From: Ophelia neglecta
Taxonomy: Eukaryota
DNA length: 64,000 bases
NCBI GenBank assembly: GCA_965285935.1
Contig: OZ260664.1
Location: 11,594,001-11,658,000, forward strand
Direction of reading: 5' to 3'
Part shown: positions 38,372 through 52,989 of the stretch, one piece after another
Numbering within the stretch: the stretch's first letter is position 1
Layout of the letters: every line of letters begins with the position of its first letter
Made by a program: the position numbers and the translations under genes
Notes under the pieces: generated by a model
Seen by the model: the letters and a program-made list of their open reading frames with translations, nothing else
Told to the model about the DNA's origin: nothing
The model's database searches: none

Positions 38372-41300
38372 TCAATGCCTCTTAGCCACCACAGCAGCAT
38401 ATGAAGGAGGTGGCACAGTCTCCTCTGTTTGTGAATCTTGTTCGTAAGCTGGGTTACGGGCCGCTGAAGTCGTACGCTGTGTGCCTGTGTCGCCCACTTT
38501 ATTCGGCCGACAGTACCTTTTGGCCAGCAATCCAGCAACTACTATAATTGCTATGATTAGAAGCGGCAGACCGACTGACAATCCAAGAACAAATGCACGG
38601 TTGTTCCCTGTCAAAATATATGAAAATGCGATAACCCGCTGTGATTTGTTTATTGTAAATAATTAATTAGCTACTAAATACAACCACAAATAAAGATTAA
38701 TATTGATGTTATCTCTTGTTAAGTATGTTTGAATAAAGTCGGACGAACAGTTTGAGTTTTGACAGTCCTCCAGATAATGACAGGCATTTCCTTTTATGGA
38801 TCTTTGACACCAAGCACATCCGGCAACAGAAATGCACGACCTATATAAGCATTGAAGAGTTAATCGAAAGTAAATACTGCTAAATACTATATCCACATAT
38901 GCGAGAATGTCGTCTGCCTCTTCCATTCAATCACTGTTATGGAAATTGTCATAATGCTAAATGTGTATAAGTTATATCTTACTCAAATGTATCCTGTTGT
39001 CCGCAGAGAGGATCATAACACCTTTCCAGATCTTTTATTTGAGGCAATTCGTGTTGTATTTGGGCTTGTACATCAATACCCGCTTCTTTTGGTATGCAAA
39101 GATTGTGGCCACTGATGTAACAAATACAAGTTCAGTCGCACGTTAATGTCAGTAAAGATATCAAGTGGCATTACATACAATTTGTCAATACTAATCTCGT
39201 TGCAAACTTCTTTTCTTTAAGTAGTATTATGTTTGAGACTCTACCGCTGACGACTCCAGGTAATTTCCGTTCTATTTATTGGTATATTGCTGATTAATGA
39301 CGGTTGCTTGGTCTGAAGCATATTAACACCGGTTAATTCCAGGCTTATCGGCGTTAAATGGATAGCTTACTTGTCATCGAATGTATCGGTACAGAAATGA
39401 TAATCATCAGTGTCGGTGAAGCACGGGCATCGACATGAGGTGTCGCCTCCAATTGTACATTTCAAAGGTAACCTAGATATCTGGGTAAAATGGAATGGCC
39501 TGTAAGGGTCGTTCATGTTCTTAGTGTATCAATTGACATATTTTAAACGTTCCAATATCATAAGACATGAATCAAATAAAAGAGTGTATGCGACGGATAA
39601 ATGAAGAATATCCGGCCAATATCTTCTGCCGTGCCAGTTGCTATTGACTGGTTTATCTTTTAAATGAATAATTGAGAATATATTTTAAAAAAGGTTTTAG
39701 GTGGAGGTATGTTGTAAAAAGTACAGCTGTCAGACAATTTTTCATTTAGTTGATTTCTTAGATTTGGGCTGAAAGAGCCGAATTAGCAGGAAATACCAAC
39801 TTCGTCAACACAGTTACAGGTCGGCACGTTTCCAGACCTTTTCTTCATACCAAGAAACACATTTGTTCCCCGCACGTCATGTATAACTAGATTAAGTTTG
39901 CGAATGTCCGAAATGGGTCCATTGACACTTATCTAAACAATGATACAATTAAATGATAAGACACGCTGCGGAATGAAAAAACACCACATTCCAGTGATGA
40001 CAAATATTTAAATATAAGGCCGGATTAAAAACATTATTTAACAATCCTATTGTTGAAAGTATATGATGAATTATTGAAGATATTGATCACATGTTTTCGG
40101 TTTAGCGTACAACGTAACATACTATACCAATTTTGTACATCGTGTGCCTTGGACCGCAAAATGAGTGATAGTTATTAGCACCTAAGGGCCTGGTAGGGGC
40201 TGGGCGGGTATTTGTTAACAATGAATTTATGAAAACATTTTATCTCAAGATCAGAAAAATGCATGACAGCTTACCTGGAATGATATATGCTTACTATGGC
40301 CTACTATGGCGATACATAAATAAATGCTTAACTATTTAAAGCAGTAAAATTAATCGCAAAAGTGTATTCATATACTTTTTTGACGGTATTTTTTCAGGTC
40401 ATTAGAATAATCCAAGGTCAAACAATAATATGCTTCCAACAATATAGTCATTGAATTACTAGCAGATAAAATTAAATGATTAACAAAGAATATTCTGTTT
40501 TACCTCTTCAGGAAATGACGTCATGAAGATAGGTATCACAATATACTAATCTTTTTTTTACCACGAAGTTTAGTTATATGTTGTAGTCACTTGTAATAAC
40601 TTAGTAAACAAAAGCAAGCACATGAGCTTGGTGACCCTTCTTCTTTGAAGAATCTAGCAATTTAAAATGTCCACATAACAAAAATGTGCATATACAGTTA
40701 TATGACCACTGGCCTTTCAACTGTACAGTTATATAGCCGATTCAAGAACAAATTCGTAAGCTGAGACCACAGCCATATGGAAAGGTGCTCAAATGTACTA
40801 AAGGCTTGCCGACCTGGTTTGGAACCAAAAAAAAAGCCACAAACACAAATCTATAGTCAATTTTTTCAGTGCCCAATCTCCACTCAACAAACAAAACTGT
40901 AATATTAAAATCATTCATGAAGTTTATCTAAGAAAACGTGATTTTTCCATGGTACCTATTGACAAATTAATTATCTAAATTTTAAGAATCAACCATATCA
41001 ATCTATCTATTAGCTACACAAGTGGTTAAGTTTCGTTTTGACATTATTATCGCGGATACATTGAAAAATTGAGGCTGCTATCGTGCACTTTGGTTATATA
41101 GAGATAAAATAGTTTAATAAAGTCTTTGGTAGCACTTGCTCTTCAAATGCTAAATGACAAACCCTTTTGATCCACAGACCATGAGCCAACGGCGATTTAT
41201 CACCCACCTCGTAAGAAACTTGTTTCTGCAGCGAGGAATATTGGTTACACTCGTGAATAAACATGTTGCCTCCGCGAATTAGAAACTCAGCCAACTGCGG

Positions 41301-44300
41301 CTGCTGAAATAATGAACATTGTAATTAGCATCCATATATACTGGTCGACAGTTATGGCACAATAAAATGGTTTCTGATATTGGGTTACCTTTTGACTTAT
41401 GTGAACATTTTCTATATAAATATCCTCCTGCAATTCGGAGACGAAGCCTTCATCGATCACTAGATAACCATCGATGTCGACCAAAAAGCATCTAGAAACA
41501 CAATCCCCAACAACTTATGTGTGACAGTAGCAGTAAAAAATCTTTTTGTGGTGCAATTCAATTGATTGAAACCATGGTTTCTGTCTTTATATTATTGCCA
41601 GACCATTATATTCCGGTGGGATGGGGTGGGTAAATTTGTATCTAAAGTAATGAGTAAAAATAAAGGAAATAACATGCTTCCTATGTGTTGAATATTTTTC
41701 TTTCCAGAATGGACTAAAAATTACTTTGTTTTCAATAACTTTAAGAGTTGCCTTCTCCCCCTAAAGCCAAATATTCCTTCACTATTTCAGGGCCTACAAA
41801 TACCGTGTTTTCATTAATTTTATGTAGGTTTTCTTAACGATGTTCAATACTGTGGGCACCAACCGATTATTTTCCTCTTGGCACTGAGAAAACTTTTTCC
41901 TGACATTTGTGTACATAAACCCGACAGGAACATCAATGGCGATTACACCGGCAATTTTCACATAAAAGTCCCTATCCCTGTAAAATAAAACAGTAGGTCT
42001 TTATTTGCCAGAGTTATCACAGTAAAGGTCGTATTCTCATACTACTACCGCCTTTCTCATAATCGTGTAGATCTCACTCCTTCTGAGGACACTGAGATAT
42101 CGTCAAGTTACTAAGAGCATTGCGTCCCTCTATAAAGGATGGGCAGTTTTATTTTTTCAAATGCCAATGCGGCCATTATTGATTGTATAATCTTTGGCTG
42201 CCTATGGTGGTGTAGGTTGCAGTGACGTAATTGGTCTTTCCCCACGCAATGGCGCCCCCTGTTGGGCTGTTCTAGAGCTTTCAGGACCGACAATAATATC
42301 TAGCTATCTGGCCAGTGATTGGCCAATAAAGCTAGCCTAGCTGAATAGCATGCCGGGAAATGTGTTATTCAACATCTTGATAAAGGCCCCGCGGTAGACA
42401 ATGAGTGGTGACATAGAGGTAATATTTTATTATATAATATCATTATGTTTACCAAATCGATTGGCTGGCTTTATGCTTTGATTGACACTTGACTATTTTT
42501 GCTTTATGCAAATCAGCCAACTACGCTATTTTAACAACTACTACGCGCCGGAAAATGACATGCACTACTCTAACACTAGTAACAACGAGAGTGGATGCCC
42601 GACCGACAAAACATAACCCATAACCACGAACTTTCTATAAGACATAGTCTTAATTCACCAATAACCAGCAGCCGCATCCCCATAAAAATATGTATCCAGT
42701 TGCCTAGCTTTAATACTATCGCCATGTAATTAATCTTAAAAAACTTGATTCCACTTGCTATGCATTGTCTTTTACTGCTTAATACAATTCTTTCTACACC
42801 TTTAAAAAACAGTGAATTGAAAGTCACATGAATATGAACCACTCAATAGTTGATTATGTGAGGGCAAGGCAGAATTTCGAAATATTGAATATTAACAAAA
42901 ATTCACCCTGGAAACGTCAGAGCTTTGCTGATGGTCACGACATATCCGGCCCCGAATGCATCCAGATATGGCGAAGAAATCACAGTTTGCCGAGGATAGG
43001 CCAAGGTCCTATGGTACCTTTAATAAAGAAGGGCACGTATCTCTAATAAATTCATGCATGTAGAATATGGTGCTGAGTATAACACTTCTATTTGAAATTA
43101 GCAAATTTGCAAATAAAGCAACACATGGCAAGATATGATATAACAATATCAGTAAATTAATAATTGGCTTAACGGTTTCTAGTTCAATATTTGATATTAT
43201 TAAAAAGTCAGTTTAAAAACAGTTCAATATTTGATATTATTAAAAAGTCAGTTTAAAAACAGCACTTGTTCCAAAATAAATATAACTGCTTTCGCAAAGT
43301 GTAGGGTAAAGCAAAAATAAACGGCTCAGAGGTTTAATCTAGGCAAAGGTTGAATGTACCATATACGAGTCTGCGATGGACATAACTTTCGGGCAAATTT
43401 GAGAATACGGTTGATATTATTCCCAAGACATAGTGAATTTAACGAAATAAATGCTTATCGAAAGTTGTACAAAGTAGTGGCAGCCCGAGGAGGAAACGAA
43501 AAATCCACGCTTATATTATGACTGACCATACCTATTTAGATTGGATGTGTGGCGGTACAAGTGGGGGGGGGGTTGGGGGGGGGGGGGCGGTGATTGAAGG
43601 AAGTGCTTCAGAAGGAACGTATGACCAGTGGTGGCAGTTTGCTACATGTATTCAAATGTTAAGTACAGTCCAGTTCTATTATAGTGAAAGGAGGGCTTTA
43701 ATTCTATATAAATGCAATATAGGCGCATTTTAAACATATCCCTTGCAAGTATAAATGGCTGCCTTACCAGCCTCTACGGGTAGGGTCATAATTTTTGTTC
43801 AAAGTAACCCCGGGTGAAATCCGAATCACTCCCTGAGGAGTTGCGATATATCTCCAGACCACATGGGTTGGGTCAGCTGAAGCACCGAACCAGACATCGT
43901 GCACCTTCGAGGTCCACCTCAAAGCTTCCAATACGCCATCCTGAAATACTTCGATATTCCAATAAAGATTGCACGTAAATAAATTGGTATAATAAGAAGA
44001 AAAACATGTGTACTAATAATGTGCTTTTAGAAAGAAAAACTTGCATTCAACCTAGAGAAAAGTAACGTCTACAATTTAATACCGAAAACACATCATTTGA
44101 GGCGCCGTGTTTTATAATTTTCTCATAACGTTGGACATCTTTGGAGCTCTCCTCTGTGTCAATGTACCGAAACGGATTCTTGAAGGCTTTGGAAGCAAAT
44201 TTCACCGCCGTCTGACCTGTTTGGATTGATTTATTTTATTATTACAGTATATTTTTAACATCTAAGACTGCAACTATAATGCATTTATGTTAAGAATTGC

Positions 44301-47300
44301 TAGTCATGCTAATAATACCTTATTTGGTGATCACAAGAATACATACATTACCTTTCAACGCTTTTCTTTGGAAATGTCTACATGTTTGACTTTCATCTAT
44401 GGTGCTGATATTTAATTGGTGGTATGTGAAAGGGATTTCTAACAATATGTTTTTCTCTAATAACCTAAAAGTGAATTCTCCTTCTGCCAGAACAACACAC
44501 ACTTTGAACTTGGTTCCTGGCACCTAACGAAATATTTAAATTGGCACTTTTCAAAAACATACTTTTCTTGTCGGATATGTCAATTGAGATGGTAGATCAA
44601 ATAGTAAGATGTTTATTTATACATAACAAGATATGCAAATAGCCTACCACGTAGGCATGCTACGACAACAATGTGAATAGTCGAAATGTCAACGTTACCA
44701 AAGTCCAGCTGAAAGTGGCACTATGTTTTACTGTTTCGACCCCTCTAAATATGTCTCCTTTTGATATCACACTTGGAATAATCGCAGTCCAATTGCCAGT
44801 TTTCTCGCTAGAATATTCAAATTAATTGATAGATATTACGAGGATGGACGAAAATGGCTCATGTTAATCTACACACATCGGAGTAGATAAAAACCGGCAT
44901 TTACGTGTACTTTGTACTGACACCGTCACGAAACGATTGAATATTTTAGAAGCATGTATGATCCGCCTGCGGCGAAACCCAGTGTAATGTTTACAACCCT
45001 ATAGAATATACTTGCTGTTCAGCTTTGCAATATTACCAGGCATCCTTTAAAATAAAACTTAATTTTGCAATTAAAATAGTGGTAGTGGCGACATAAATTA
45101 CAACTTGTAATGTTCAACATGTTTCATATATGATATAGTGTATGGGTTCTAGTTGCCATTGCAACATATTTAAACACATTTGCAGTAAAAAGAATGCAAT
45201 GCTGTTGAGTGACCTTTACCCCTCAGCCCAGAGCTAGACGCCATGTGCACATATCTCATTGGGATTAAACATCATCTGTTGCAGATGTCGTGTCCAATCA
45301 TGATACACGCATGACTTGCTTTTGGGGAACTAGAGAGTGTGTAAATCGGTCGAGCAACTAGGAGTAAGTTGTAAAACCGAGGGACCAGATGAAAAGTGCA
45401 GGAGCGAGTTAAACAAGCGAGGGGTCTGGATAAATTTACAAATCTGCCACGGTGTCTGACGCTTCTGTTGAATTAGAAATGATGCCTGTGCTATAAGCAT
45501 GGCTCATTTCCCGCTGGAAAGCCAGACACGCTTCGTTTCACTATGAGTAATAATTCTTTACTGTTCCCAAGGATGTGTCACTGTGCTGGAAGCGATAAGA
45601 CGCAGGTCTTTAACAACACCGTTTTTTTTTACTCGAGCCTGCTTTAATCCTGCAAATGATTTGCCCTATTTTAATACTTAATTTGATTTATCATGTGTTT
45701 GCACATTTAATTTGACTATATATTAAAATATGTTCCACGCAAGCTTATTCGAATTACATTACCATTACAAATGCAATATATGCCCTCACCACTTTTTGTT
45801 ATTCGCAAAACACATACATTGGACATGAACATATATGCCACATACATATGATAACATACATTTTTCACTTAGGGACTGCGAGACAGGGTGAGAGCGACAT
45901 CTACCTATCAACGTGATCGCTCATGATCTTGCATTTGCCGGAGCATTCCGAACACTATCCCGGAGTTACCCAGGCCCGGCTGACATCTTGTCAACTGCGG
46001 GATTGCCGGGTAAACCTTCCTAGCCTTCTAGGTCATAGCCTGGGTCACCCCCCCCCCCTTTGTCGCATCCTTGTAAATGGATGATGCTCAATTAACTGGC
46101 TTCCAACCTTCCCATTAGGCCTGTAGCATGCCCACCATGGGTTGAGGCCGAATGGAGCCGAAATATCCCCCGCTTGTGATCGGACACGAACAAGCATTAT
46201 GTCGGTCACGCATCAGCCGCTTTTAACTCTGAACACCTTAGACAGCTGTCCCACAGATGAACGTTTGTTGCTATAAACGTATATCCCAATGGGCATTCCC
46301 TGGTTATATAATGACATGACCGAAACTGTTTAAAAATACCCTTTTTACTTTTGGATTTTATGAATTTACCTGTTTTATTTTCCCTTGCTTTTTTAACTCG
46401 CTCTTCGACTTTTCATCTCGACCCTCCCTTTTATAACTCGCTCCTCGACACTCGACCAATTTACATACTGGAAACACCAAATAGGCGGTTGCGGGGCTGC
46501 GCGTCCTGGTTCTTGATGAACAGTTATGGACTAACTATTCATTTTGTCCGCCGATTCATCTCGGCGACCACATGCAATAAAACCAAAGTGAAGATAAAAA
46601 GCAATTAATCTACCTTATAATCTTGTTGATAAGTTTGCCACTGTCAGGATAACGTTCAAGCTCTTTGATGTGTAGGGATATGACATCGTCCTTTACTGTT
46701 TGTGGTCTTGGTAGTAGTGGATGAGAAAGTGTCTGACCTTCCGTGTCAATGACAAAAGCATACGAAAGGACGCCACTTCCAACCTAAATGCAAACTTTAT
46801 TGTTAATACACACATTGACTACTAGTGTGAACAAAAGAGGTATGTATCTCAAGTAAAAAGTCTATACAGGCAACTGCGTGATGTTTTCTGCAACCAGGAC
46901 ATCCGCAAGCACTGTTAACTCGTTCTTTTTATTTCCTTACGTCGTGTAAAGCTCCCCATAGCTCCACATTGCAAGCGATGTCCAATTTCATTTAATGTGT
47001 TCATTTAATTCCCTTGCCAGCTTTCTTACAATACAAAAATTGGGGATTTGTGATTTTTGGCCAGCAACAAACTGTTCCTTATTAATACCCGATGTTTCAA
47101 TGGATAGTTATTGATAAGCGTTTTAGATTCATCTGCGGGTACCTACTCCCGTTAGTTTCCTATTATTTAGAATTGATGGACCGTAGTTGAGAACACCTTA
47201 AATATATGGCCAGTGTGTCCTTATGTATACCAGGGAACCTATCATATCTGTACCCTTTAAACAATGAAATAATGCCTCTTTAATAATCGTGTTGGCATAA

Positions 47301-50300
47301 AGGCTCACACCAGCTTGGAGGAAGGTAATTGGTGCCAGCAGATCAGCCATTGTTATATCCGTGCCGACCACCCCTATAAAGTTCTCGTTATCGATGAGTG
47401 GGAGAGACACAGTCACCACCAATCCTGAAAAAATAGCACGCCATGTTTTTAAAACGCAGCTTCAAACAACTCGAATTTCTTTCGGAAAATCTTCCATGAT
47501 TTTATGTGTACAAAGTGATAAAATATTCTTAGCTTGTATACCACTGACAACCATGCACCGTGTATAAACAGTAAATTAATTTTGAATATGAATCTGACTA
47601 TAGGTGTAGAAAACAAGTTACAGGTCTGGTAGACAAAAACCGAGAGAAGTTGCGGAATCATAGGTTGGGACTGACCTAAGCCAAAAGCATCAACATAGGG
47701 TTTGGATATTACAACGGCATCCACCGGCTTACTGAAGTAATCATAATAGGTTCCCATGTCTTGTCTCAGTCGGTCAGAGTCAGTTATTTTAATGAATCTT
47801 CCTGGCTGATATTTGTGATACAAAAACAAATCAATGATTTTACTTTGTCTATTCGATACGAATTGATTCAAAGAACCGACAATAATTTCAATGGTTTATA
47901 TTGTCAAGCCCATGAAAAAAAAACTAAAATCCCACTGTCAACCCACTGTGTATAAGAACTATCATTTATACTACTTCATATTAAGTTACTATGAATATCA
48001 TATACTCAATTACGCTACTGATTCATATCAACAGATTTGATGGAACAAGGCATGCAACAAAACTGGAACCTTAATAAAGTTTGGGTCTTAGATATGTAGA
48101 TATAACAGAATAGCTTACCCGTTTAGATGGATAAGGAGCCTCTGTCATTTCGCGAAGGACATCCTCTCCAATGTATCCTACATTGCCTAAACAATACGAC
48201 GTACGAGAGAAATCACTTATTTGAAACCAAAATGCATTGCGGGTTACCACCTAAAGCTGATCATCCTTGTGTAATGAAATTGTAAATATTTTTGACAAAA
48301 CTAACAAATAGCTGATAGACTCGAAACAGGATAGGAAAAGACATGATATTGGAAAGCATCCCATTTACCTATTCCAAACGTCAAAAGTACAACGTTTTCA
48401 TTGCCATAAACGGAATTCATATCAAATATTCTTTGTAAAATATCAGATTTGTAGTCATTCGGGTCGCCGTCTGTCAGGAAGAGAATAGATCTCTCTGAAA
48501 TAATAAGGTAATATGGTTTATCACATTTGGTGTCAGTTCATGTTTAATGCCGATATGATAGAGTTTAATTGTCATGACCGCTGAACAATATTTTGTATCT
48601 GATAAATCGTACGTCGAAGCAATGCGAAGGAAATTTAAATTGTAATAATGTGTCAGTTGATCCTGATGAATGATTTTCTTTGTTTCCACGAAAAAAATAA
48701 TTTTATCTACATGTAATGAAGAGAACAATCATGATAGCGAGTAGAATACCTCGTGCTTTGCCGTCTCTAGCAGTCTTGCTCAGAAGCTCAAAGGCCTTTT
48801 TGATAGCAAGGCCGTACTGTGTTCCTCCACCAGCCTTTATTTATACAAATATTAATAGGTGAGACTAATTTTGATGACATCAATGTTATACTCTTGGTTG
48901 TAAGGATTGTTCCAATCATTGAATGAAAATATATTTTAACAAACAAATTGCATTTGATACACGTGTATGGTGTAATCTCTATCTAACCATTTAACGGCAG
49001 TGACTAAACAGTTTAAGAGTGCAAGCATTAACAGATTGATGTAAAGTGGCAAATAAGCTGGTTTACGCTAAAACTGTCCACGAATTTTGACAATGTCTTT
49101 AAATTTGCCGGGGTGGCTTTAGCCAATCTCGTTCCGAAGCAATCCGTGATGTTAGCTCCGATCGGCGCCTCGGCATAGCTGGAGAATGATACCACACTGA
49201 CCTGCGGTAAGGATTCATTGGAAGATTAAAAGGCAAAATAAAATTGATACTGATTTCTGTGCTGAAGAACCAATGCTTGTGTTTTTAAATATAATTTTTC
49301 CGTGTAATTCCAGAACGCTACAACAAGACCCGCTGCCACGGTCACAAACGATACATAATACTATCTGTTCTGTTTTGAAGAAAAAGAAAAGGTCTTAAAA
49401 TGTTACCCTGTCTTCGGGGTTGAATGTCGCAAGAACCGTATTCGCGGCATCTTTAGCAATGTCCAGCAGGCTACGACCATGACTCCTGCTGCTCATTGAC
49501 CCAGACGTGTCGATTACTATGACGACATCCTTAGGAATAGGACTGGCTGTCGCTACGTACCATGGTCTGGAAATATAAAGACAGCATTCAAGAATAAAAG
49601 CATACACAGCATCAATACATTAATTACTATCACCTATATTCCTTCCAAAATATAAAAGAGTTGACTTTAGCACTATGCAATGTTGTACACATCCAATGCT
49701 GCCAAGTATAGGGGGGCCGATGAGGAATGCAGGGAGTGTTATGAGTTTGAAAATTATATGATTATAGAAGTATAGTTCGTGTACATCGTAGTGCCAGATG
49801 GGAATAAGTGTACATCTATGCAGTCCCATCTTGTGTAATAAAATAAGCCTACCATTGATGATTGATATGGGAACATATTCCTCGATTTTAAAGCTACTTC
49901 AACTTGCCTTAACCGTGCGTCGTAGTCAGAGCAGTTAGTCGCTAGTGATGCGGGGTAATGGAAGGACAGTCCTTCCTCAGTTCCGAAATACTGCCACTTA
50001 AGTCCTAGGATAAAAACATTTACGGTCAGTTAATTATTAAGGATTTAGGGCCCACTATAAAAGATGCTGAGCTGCTGGCGATGCGCGGCGTGCTCTGGAT
50101 CATAATCATGACCAACAATGTCCCCGCCTCAGTCATACCCACAGCGTGCCACAGCGCCGACAGGACAGCGCCTTTAACAGAAAGCCGGATTTGGATTTAT
50201 AAACCGATTCAAAACAAACATACATATACATATGCAGAATTGCGGTGTTGGCTATATTTATGCAGGAATATCAGGAAGAGAATATTGGGCGACCAAAAAT

Positions 50301-52989
50301 ATATTTTCTGGCTAGTATGAGTATTATTTGAGGTAAAAACCGTAAATTTATAATTTCCAAGGCGAGAACAGATGGCAACATTTCCTTGTTTTTCTTTTCA
50401 ATGTAGGTATAAGCATAATAATTGGGGCTCCAACCTGAATTATCCGCGAGATTTTCCTTAAACTGATCCAATATGGCTATATTCGCAAAGCTGGGATTAT
50501 TCGATGTGAATGGAGATTGCCGGTAACACATTGCATGATCATCAATCTAAGGGAAAATTCTAGATTAAAAACATAACCAACATATGTAAAACTGATACCT
50601 TCAGTTCTATTTAAACGGCCACATTTACCAGTTTAATAGCAGAACGAATTACAATGTCATTGATTTACTATGTCTTAGACGAATTTCGTTAATGCTGATT
50701 GGTGAACTTAATACTATAATATAATATAGTTTAATGAGGTTGAATTCGTTCTAGCAACCCGTTTATACTCCGTAGTAGCGGGCCCTACCGGTGATTTGAA
50801 TCTGATATCGTATTCTCTGCCGCTCAGGTCAAGCCGACAACACTCGCTGTATTCACGATAGGATCTAGAAAATCCGTAGCTTGACAAAATTTCCTTTCTA
50901 AGTTTGGTCACTACAGCCGAAGCTTTTTCAACATTGGTTCTCACTGACTCTGACAGCTGAAATATGGCAAATTCAAACACCAAACGTATATTTGGAATAT
51001 GATTATAGAAATATATGAAGTTAGTAGTCGTGTAATTATATTGACGCTGATGCAAATACGCAAAAGGAAAATATATTCTAACGAATGCAAATAGTTCGTG
51101 CATAAATATTTTAATATTAACAATGCACCGTAACAAATGCTACTATTGTAACTTTCAATCCCACCAGTAAACACATCAAACTTGTGAGTTTTTATATCAC
51201 ATGCCTTCATAGCCAATGCATAGCCATCTATGGGTTCTGTACTCAGGTTAATTTCATTGGAATCCAAGTATTTCTGTGAATAGTTAATACAAATATATTA
51301 TCTAGCATTTATGTCCATGCAATAGAGTGGCCTTGATCAAATTCAGGTGCAGATATATGTATCTGAGATTAAGGAACCGGTGTATTGCATGACAAGCCTA
51401 GTAGATTAAGACTTGTCCTTGATGATGCTGTAAATAATGGATTGCAATGTAGAATATTTTCAGATCTCAGATTCAAGTAAACTCACAAATATAAATGTCC
51501 TCTCTTCATGGACAGATTGTTAACGCTTCTCTGCTTTCCGGACTTTGACACCCTCAACCGGTGTTTTTAAAAGTCGCATAAAAGATGTTTATAAACAGAG
51601 GAGAGAAAGGAATAAGCAGGTGATTGGCGGGCTATTTTGAATCGGCGGACGCGCGAACGGCGACGCAAGCCTCTCAAATTTATAGTATTACGATAAAATT
51701 TGACAAGCACAATCCCTCGACTGCTTCCAGTTTTGAAATTTACAACAACCTTAAGGACCTCAAGCGGTCCTGTTAGTAGTAGCTCAGTCTTCACCTAAAT
51801 GCACATTCCAGCTCCTACCACTGAATAGAATGAAACGTTCTTAAACACCCATCACCACTCGAAAACAAGCAACAACAGACCGACGGCATACCATACCGAA
51901 TCCACTCCACATCGCCAACTCACCATGACGGCAATGTTCACATACATGCATTATTGCCAAATACATGCTATCTAGACACCAAAGGCTGCAGGGGGTAACT
52001 TAATGCCGGAATCAAAGGAAAGAAGACATACTTTGAAGATGGAATGCAGTGCCATACTACAAAGGGTCCTTATAAACCGACTACAGCATAGATGTGTATG
52101 GGGTTAAGAACATAATTCAACATCCATATGTCTATTCATATAACGCACCTCCAACTACTAAGTTGAAAACAACTTTTCACAAATCAGTGTTTCATAGTTT
52201 TATAAAATCCAGTTAAACAGCCACCAGGTTTTTTTTATCTATAGTTCGACCTTTTTTTTCTCACCATAGTTCAATTTGGCCAATAATGTACTACCATAAG
52301 ACCATTTCCTCTTAGCTATACGATTCCCGGTATACTCAGGGACCCAGTGGTACATTCGTCAGTGTGAACCCGTGCAAACTTCCTTGACATACTGCTACGG
52401 GGTTAGGGCAGTAGAAAGAACAGAACATAGCCATCGATATTTGCGATGGCGAAACTTAGTTGTTATATGTGTCTTGTACTGCATTTTTACAAAAAGAGAG
52501 TCATATTGCGCCGTTGACACTTTTATCAAGTATGTTCTAAATGCAGAAACGGTGTGGTTTTGTCGCTTTATGGGCTGATAGACCCATTCAGAAATGAATA
52601 AAGTGTTCAGACTACCGCTGTTGTATTTAATATCATTTATTCATGGGTATATCAAAACGGTACTGTATTATCTGCTGTGAGGTGCATAAATGATGTTTGA
52701 CTAAGTAAATAACGTATTTTGTGCAATCATGTGATTTAACTCAATTGTGTCTGCGTACTACGAGCAAGAACAATTCATTCGATATAGTATCTTGCGTTTT
52801 CTATTGACAAAAATATATATATAATCTAAGTCCACTTACCTGCATAAAGGAATATCCCAACGTTGTGTCTGTGAATTCATTGAAGAAAGCCTCTAGTTTA
52901 CTTACATTCAATTCTCCATACACAAGAAAACTCTGGCCTACAATCAAGTATACAACCAGAAACCGTCTTACATTTTGGAATAAGGTCAT
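38372..52989 (-). CDS. CACHD1-like: VWA and Cache domain-containing type I membrane protein (CACHD1 / alpha2delta-like), about 1098 aa, 26 coding exons
   Basis: Phase-consistent exons (minus strand): 52989-52840, 51273-51205, 50956-50789, 50546-50435, 50004-49908, 49566-49407, 49201-49067, 48834-48750, 48494-48369, 48186-48119, 47805-47676, 47424-47309, 46783-46614, 44807-44699, 44523-44352, 44216-44083, 43940-43768, 43017-42907, 41977-41864, 41491-41389, 41303-41208, 39932-39801, 39480-39371, 39111-38983, 38840-38749, 38607-38372 (3297 nt in total). Features: signal peptide; KWQYFGTEEG; YDARLRPWY; MIDAS DTSGS; FLTDG; PYVDAFGLG; second Cache YDPTRRGWY..SPYLDAFGAG; Cys-rich stalk; TM helix; short tail. 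The donors of exons 22 and 25 are least certain. Confidence 0.9.
43181..43262. repeat. Perfect 40-bp tandem duplication in an intron
   Basis: AGTTCAATATTTGATATTATTAAAAAGTCAGTTTAAAAAC occurs twice. Confidence 0.95.

Noticed and set aside
41864-41977. Apparent frameshift in exon 19 of the CACHD1-like gene
   Set aside because: On recount the exon is 114 nt and in phase (KKFSQCQEENNR).
46138-46166. Hammerhead-like string GTTGAGGCCGAATGGAGCCGAAA
   Set aside because: It lacks the CUGANGA core, and no convincing stems I/III were found.
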